57,128 nt of DNA from Cystobasidiomycetes sp. EMM_F5. Its lineage: Eukaryota. The position numbers and the translations under genes were made by a program. Below, one piece after another: positions 51,453-57,128 of this stretch (its first letter is position 1; every line of letters begins with the position of its first letter). The notes under the pieces are model-generated. The model saw only the letters and a program-made list of their open reading frames with translations, searched no databases and had not been told where the DNA came from. The DNA is taken from NCBI GenBank assembly GCA_051047955.1, contig JBPGPT010000024.1, positions 186,001 through 243,128 of the forward strand. Reading direction: 5' to 3'.

Positions 51453-52603
51453 TCAAACCAATCTGGGGGCAGTGTTGACGGTCGGCAGAGCGGTGCCATT
51501 TCCAGCAGAAGTCGCGCTTGACGCAGCAGGATCGACAGAAGTGGCCAGAGGAGCTGCAGTGCCAGCCGTAGTGGCATCAGCAGTTGTAGAGGATGCAGCT
51601 CCAGTGCTGCCTAGAGTGTGAGCAGAGCCAGACGCAATGTTGGTAGCCTGCTTCTTATCGGCTGCGATACGGGAAGCCTCCTCGTGCACAGACTTGATAT
51701 TGTTGGAAGTCTGCGTGTAGAAATGACGAGCCTGCTGACCAAATTCGGAGCGCAGGATGCGATCATAGTCTGTGTATAGAATCGCGCACGGTAAATTAGG
51801 CCTTGACTGCACTCTCGCCAGCCGAATGGTGTCACTTACATGATTTGCCAGTAGCAATCGCTTTGGATGCCTTCTCGTTAATCTTGACTTTGTCGTCTGC
51901 CTGGGCGTATGCACCGGCAGCTCTGGACTGGATATGCGTTTGCGCCTCGAGCTCTGCAGTACGCGATTTTGCTTGCTCGGCCAGAGTATTGAAGAAGGAG
52001 AGGAAGCGCGAGGAGATGCCGTGCTTTTCTGTTGATCGCAATATGCAGGTAATGATTGTCAGAGCTTGTCCGCTAATCACAATGAACGAGGACCTCGGAA
52101 CATACGGTCAAATGATACGGCCTTCTGGATGATAGAGTCGCTCAAGACGTAGCCGTGAGCAAGATATTCTGCTACAATAGCTGTTCTGGGCTTGGATTCT
52201 TGTGCAATGTCGTCGGAAGTGAGGTGATCATCTCCAACGATTGAGGGTGTATCTTCGTCGATGATCTCAGACGAAACTTGAATAGGGGATCCGTCGAGAG
52301 TGCCGCCTGCATGTCCATGTTCAGTCTAAACTCTCACTTCTATTCCGCTTCCCCTACTCACCGTTCAGCATCAGAGCAGTAGAGGCTGCACTCGGCTTCT
52401 CGAAAGTAACGACGGCTTTGTGGCCTTCTTGCATTTCGATGTGCCCGATAGACCCGCAGAAGGCCATGAACTTGTGCAAGCTGGCTTCATCGGTCGTCGA
52501 GGATAGGTTGGCGACGTACACCTGCGAGCGAGGCGGTGCGTCAGGAATTTGTCAAACACTCGAATGAACAGGATCGCCAAGCAAGGGTACGCACTGCAGA
52601 CAT
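51453..52603 (-). CDS. Vip1-like RRM-domain protein, multi-exon
   Basis: MSAVYVANLSSTTDEASLHKFMAFCGSI...VTFEKPSAASTALMLNGGTLDG, IAQESKPRTAIVAEYLAHGYVLSD, and FYTQTSNNIKSVHEEASRIA. Confidence 0.85.
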
Positions 52604-52951
52604 TGTGAGATTGATATGTGTTGGGTGTGTCGACTGTTGCCGTCAGAATTTTTGGGGTACGCAGAGTATTGCCGAGCATGGCCAAGTCCGCGGATGTGAG
52701 ATCAGGTCAAGACGGGCAATCAGCCAGACGTAACAAGTCATAGACCGCAAAGATACTCACAGTCAATAAAACAGTACGTTCTCGTTGGTGTATCGGGGAA
52801 GTCGAAGGTCTCGCTGTGCGAACTGATGCTGCCCTAGCGGTGATCGAGTTCGTCATAAAAAGGTGAAGAAGCAATGCATTGAAAAATACAACGACAGGTG
52901 ATGTATACACGGCATGCACTGTGACTACGTAATTGCTGGATGTCGCTGTGC

Positions 52952-54556
52952 TTACGGGCTGCGATAGTGCACGATTACTTGACCGGGCGGTTGCGAATTA
53001 TACTTCTCTATGGGTGTGTCAAGTATGCCTGTAGACTGGCAACCCAGGAACTCGAGGCTTGCGTTAACGATCTGATTCATATCCCGCACTGCGTCCTTAC
53101 GCTCCACGGGTTTAGCTCGGCGATTCTGCCATCGAGTCAGCCAACTCGGTACCAAGAGATGGAAATCGCTAAAGCTAGAGTGGACTGTTCCAGCTGTAAG
53201 GACGAGTCACAAGTCAGTGGATAGGCGATGCATTGCTTAACACGCAAGCTTGCCCAAGGTAACGAAGTATGTCATCTGCGGAGACCTGACTTCTCGTACC
53301 AGCTTAAAGACCCGCTCAAAGTGCTCTGTCCATCGTCTATCGTGAAGGCACTGCGTTCAGATGAAGTCCTCGCATTTGTTCGAAAGATGCAACTCACGTA
53401 AAGGCTGCCGAGTTCTGCACCAGGACAGGCAGGCGTATCGAGCTGGAAGCGTCTTTTGTGGCAATATCGACTGAAGCTTGTGTACCATTCTCGCTCGAGG
53501 TATGTGTTCCCGAGTCTGCCACTCCTGCGCCAAGAGGATCCACCCACTGCAGGCACGTTTTGTCAATTGTGATGATCGATGAAAGGCAAGCGATACTAAC
53601 CGGATCCAAAAGAATGCACTTCGAGAAGACGCGTATCAAATCAGCATCGCGTACACACTCGATAGCAGTAGCGCTGCCGAAGGAATGGCCAGTCATGATG
53701 ACATTGTTACTAGCATCAACTGCACCGTGCCATGGTGTCCAGTCAAATTGCGACTGCAGCTTGCTTCGTACATTGTCAGGGATAGATTGGGCTGCTACCA
53801 AATGCTGTATAGCCTTCAACGTCTCCGCGACTTCGGCTTTTCGCATCTCTAGTTGCTCTGCTCGAGCTTGTATTGGGGTAAGTTTGGGTCCTGTTCGCCA
53901 TCTGACGATACACTGTCAGTCTTGACGCTTCAGCTTGAGCATACAAATGCTCACTGCACATCACTATGCGCAATGTATTGAATCGTGCGAAGTTCGCATC
54001 CGTCGCGGTTATGCACAGTGGTCGACGGTGACGATCCATCCCTGTGCTCGAGCGCAGCCACCACGAAGCCACGACTCGCCAGTTCTCCGCAGTACTGCGA
54101 GTATATCTTTCTGTTGCCAGCCAAACCATGCGAAAATATGACTAGTTGCAACTTCTTGCCTTTTCCGCCTTCATCACGAGCTAGTCTGGCAGCTTCGTAG
54201 GCCGGCAATCTGATTCGACTGCCGATAATCCAAGTGAGAGCTAGAAGGAAGTAAGTGTACGGTTTACGAGATGGGAGACGGTTTGCAAATTTGAGCCAGC
54301 CGGTCGTGACATGCGATAGTGGTCTATCCAGCCAATACGGTTTTGTTGGGAATCTGCTCCTTGGCTTTTCGCACGGATAGAAGAGAGTGAATAGGACGCT
54401 GTCCATTGTGAACGCCGGTACCAGAGATCCAGTCTTTGGCGACGGTATCATTGTCGTGCCGAATGACTTGGGCTTGTCGAGGACCAGCTCGACATCGTAC
54501 GCCCCGACAGTGGACGAACCTGCATATTGGGGCAGCGCAGACGTAGTCACTCCCAT
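52952..54556 (-). CDS. Platelet-activating factor acetylhydrolase (PAF-AH II/plasma-type alpha/beta hydrolase)
   Basis: VIFSHGLAGNRKIYSQYCGELASRGFVVAALEHRDGS, nucleophile motif MTGHSFGSAT, LLDP/W, and HSSFSDF. Confidence 0.92.
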
Positions 54557-54863
54557 GCTCAAATGGAAGATGGCGTAAGAATGGCCTTGTAAGAGCCGCA
54601 GGTCCGCCGACTGATCGGCTGTCATTTGAAACCCTGTAGGCGTTACAATGCTTTCGCATGAATGAGTGTGCTGGTTGAGCTCGCAGTATACAACATCATC
54701 ACTGTACTGTCCTACTGAATACCCTCCGACTAAACATGCCTGAACGAGAAACGTAAACGAATGTGATTAGGTGAAGCGACCGCAACAGAAAAGCGGTAAA
54801 ATAGAACGGTGCGAATGATTGGTAAACAGTTCAGCTCTTGCGATATTGCTACCACGAGATTCG

Positions 54864-56680
54864 TCAAGGCGCCCAGACCTTGACAGTCTAGTAGTAAAGC
54901 ATCTCAGCTTGGTTGGACGGAGGAGACTAGTCGCTATTCAAGCCTACCTGATCGACGCTACCTGTTGCTAACACATTGATTAGTCGAGGTTCGCTCTTGA
55001 CTCCTTCGGTCCCGTCGGCGCCGTTTTGGACTGGCCCAGCGATCGTCATGCGGCCCCACGACATGCACGTAACAAAGTGAGTATGAGCTTCTATCGTCTT
55101 GGTACACCGCCCTGTTGCGATCTCCCATATCCTGATGGTTTTGTCGTCACTTGCGGAGAGGAAGTATTTCCCGTTAGGATGGAAGACCAATGCTCGGATC
55201 CAGTTATCGTGACCAGTTATGCTTTTGAGACATTGCCCGCTTTGTGCATCCCACAACCGAATCGTTTTGTCACGAGATCCAGTCAATACATACGCAGACG
55301 AGTTGCGGTCTTTGCCATCGCGAACCGAAGTGGTCTGTACGTAAGCAAACGAATAGTAAGCATGCAGCGGCGTTGCGATTGTGACTGCGCTCACGATGCC
55401 GGTCAGCTCTCTAATCGCTGTTGCTGCATTATGTGGCGCGAATACTGCACACTCGACCACATTGTCGTGTCCTCGCAATTCGAGCTTGGTCTCGCCGGAT
55501 GTTAGATCCCACACGCGGGCCGTCTGACAAGACGATGAGCTGTACGACCCATTTGAATGTACGGCGACGAAACATCCTACTCACTTGATCCTTAGAGCAG
55601 CTGATCAGGTAGCGACCGTCTGTAGAGGGAGCTATTGCTCGAACCCATTCCGTATGACCCGCCAAAGTCCGGACGCAATGCCTGCCGGCAAGATCAGTCA
55701 GCTCGGCACATCTATTGTAGTAAAAGAGCAGCATTTAGCACACCCTGATGCCACCTCCCAAATCTTGATTGTGAGATCTCGACTGGCTGACGCAAACTGA
55801 TTATCGCCAGCCAGAAAGCGCACATTTGATATCGAGTGGTCATGACCGTGAAATGTCTTGGTAGAAGCGTAGTCATTGGACACGTCCCACAGTCGTATCG
55901 TCAGATCGGATGAACATGACACTTAGATGATTATTCATCAGCCTGATGTGCTCTCTTTTTAAGGATTGCAGCGACTTGCCGAGAAGTAGGCCTTTGGAAT
56001 CATAGTCACAATCCTGTACCGCTTTCGTGTGCCCTTTGAGAGTTCGCTCGAGTTCGCCAGTCTCCCAATCCCAGACCTTGATTGACGCGTCTTCGCTAGT
56101 ACTAGCACAAACGCTGTATAAGGGATGAAAGGCCACCCGAGTGACAGGGCTGCGATGACCCGTCAGAGTATGTCTCGGCGGAGCTCGAGGCAGCCAGTCT
56201 ATGCTGTTTCTTGTCGATGCTGGATTCAGACGCGATGTAGATAATTCTTCTAGTAATTGCGAATTGCGGGATTCCAGATCCATAATCTTCAAAGTCGCCG
56301 TAAATTGGGCATATTATCCCGTTGTGCTTGAGACCTACCTTCTTCTGCAAACGAATCACGCTTGTCCATTTCTTCTCGAGTAATCCTGCCCATTTCGCTT
56401 TGGGATCCGGCGCAAAGTCCGGCTGAGAGGTGCGATAAACGGGGTCATGCATCAGTTTTTTGGTACCATAAAATGCAGCGATTGAATCTACGAACGAGCT
56501 CCGCTTCCGCTTTGAGTGTATCGTATGTTTCAGTGAATCCGGCATTGCGTAAATAGTCCAGAATCGAGCGGTGCCTATAATCAACAAACCGTCAACCTAT
56601 TCCTCGAGCCGTCCGGGCCTATCGAACACTGACAGCTCCTCCTTCTGACGCTCCGACAGTGCGCTCGACATCGCAGCCAT
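54864..56680 (-). CDS. PAC1: LIS1/NudF/Pac1 dynein regulator (LisH + WD40), multi-exon
   Basis: [32 protein letters not shown], and WD40 repeats [15 protein letters not shown]...[22 protein letters not shown]. Ends ATGSVDQ/TVKVWAP*. Confidence 0.96.
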
Positions 56681-57128
56681 CCATCCAAGGGCACCTCGGA
56701 GTTTTGTTCCAGCGCGGTTTGGCCGGGCTGACGGTACGATACGAGCACTTTACGGTGACAGGCCAGTGGACCAGCCTCTGGCGACGAGCAAATAGACAGA
56801 CGGTTCACAGACACCGCGCTGTGCTCAGAGTGAACAGATATCCTTTTCCATAGAATGCATGCCCATCGCGGTCCGGGCGTAAACAAGATGGAGCTGAACG
56901 CCCGCACAACTCCAGACAAAATCTCCATCAAACCCGGCCATTCGGGCATTCGAAGTACATTCAATGAGTGACGAAGTCTGCGCGCCGGTCAATCAGCAGT
57001 CAACTCTTCTCTGAGGAATATGCACTTGGATTGCGACTTAGATACGACGCGTAAATGAAGGCAAATACAGAGTGCAGTCTAAGCAGTCCACAATTGCGGT
57101 GCCTCTTGTTTCAGGTATCTACACGAGG

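Noticed and set aside
52952..56680. PAF-acetylhydrolase next to LIS1 (named PAFAH1B1 in mammals) as a functional cluster
   Set aside because: LIS1 binds the SGNH-type PAF-AH Ib catalytic subunits, whereas this neighbour is an unrelated GxSxG alpha/beta hydrolase of the PAF-AH II type. The adjacency is most likely coincidence.

Overview
Eukaryotic, gene-dense, intron-rich fungal DNA, most likely from a basidiomycete yeast. This is inferred from short GT-AG introns with CTRAC/CTGAT branch points and the gene families present; the taxon is not verified. Conserved housekeeping genes fill both flanks: a divergent DUF3605-like gene, tRNA-Gln(CTG), an ankyrin protein, a PWWP-like protein, a PQ-loop transporter, a Ca2+/H+ exchanger, a Fus1-like TM-SH3 protein, a GTPBP2-N-terminal-only protein, a tyrosine phosphatase, an Rco1-like PHD protein, an EAF protein, CSN4, CK2 beta, a DUF6534-like membrane protein, a polysaccharide-lyase-like secreted protein, a Vip1-like RRM protein, a PAF-acetylhydrolase and LIS1/NudF. 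A decayed SNF2 helicase lies at about 10.4-11.6 kb. The standout is an accessory island between CSN4 and CK2 beta (about 29.5-44.8 kb), a tandem duplication of a roughly 7.8 kb cassette. Each copy holds two convergent, apparently intact, heavily spliced genes for unrecognised signal-peptide proteins with dibasic (Kex2-type) sites. Gene A has a prepro region, a hydrophobic helix, a helical body and a basic tail. Gene B has an S/T stalk, Cys-rich modules, a hydrophobic segment and a KR-flanked 54-56 aa Cys-containing C-terminal peptide. The cassette is a candidate two-component secreted toxin/effector system. The copies are clearly diverged except for one 909 bp identical tract. Gene models were spliced by eye and no database searches were run.
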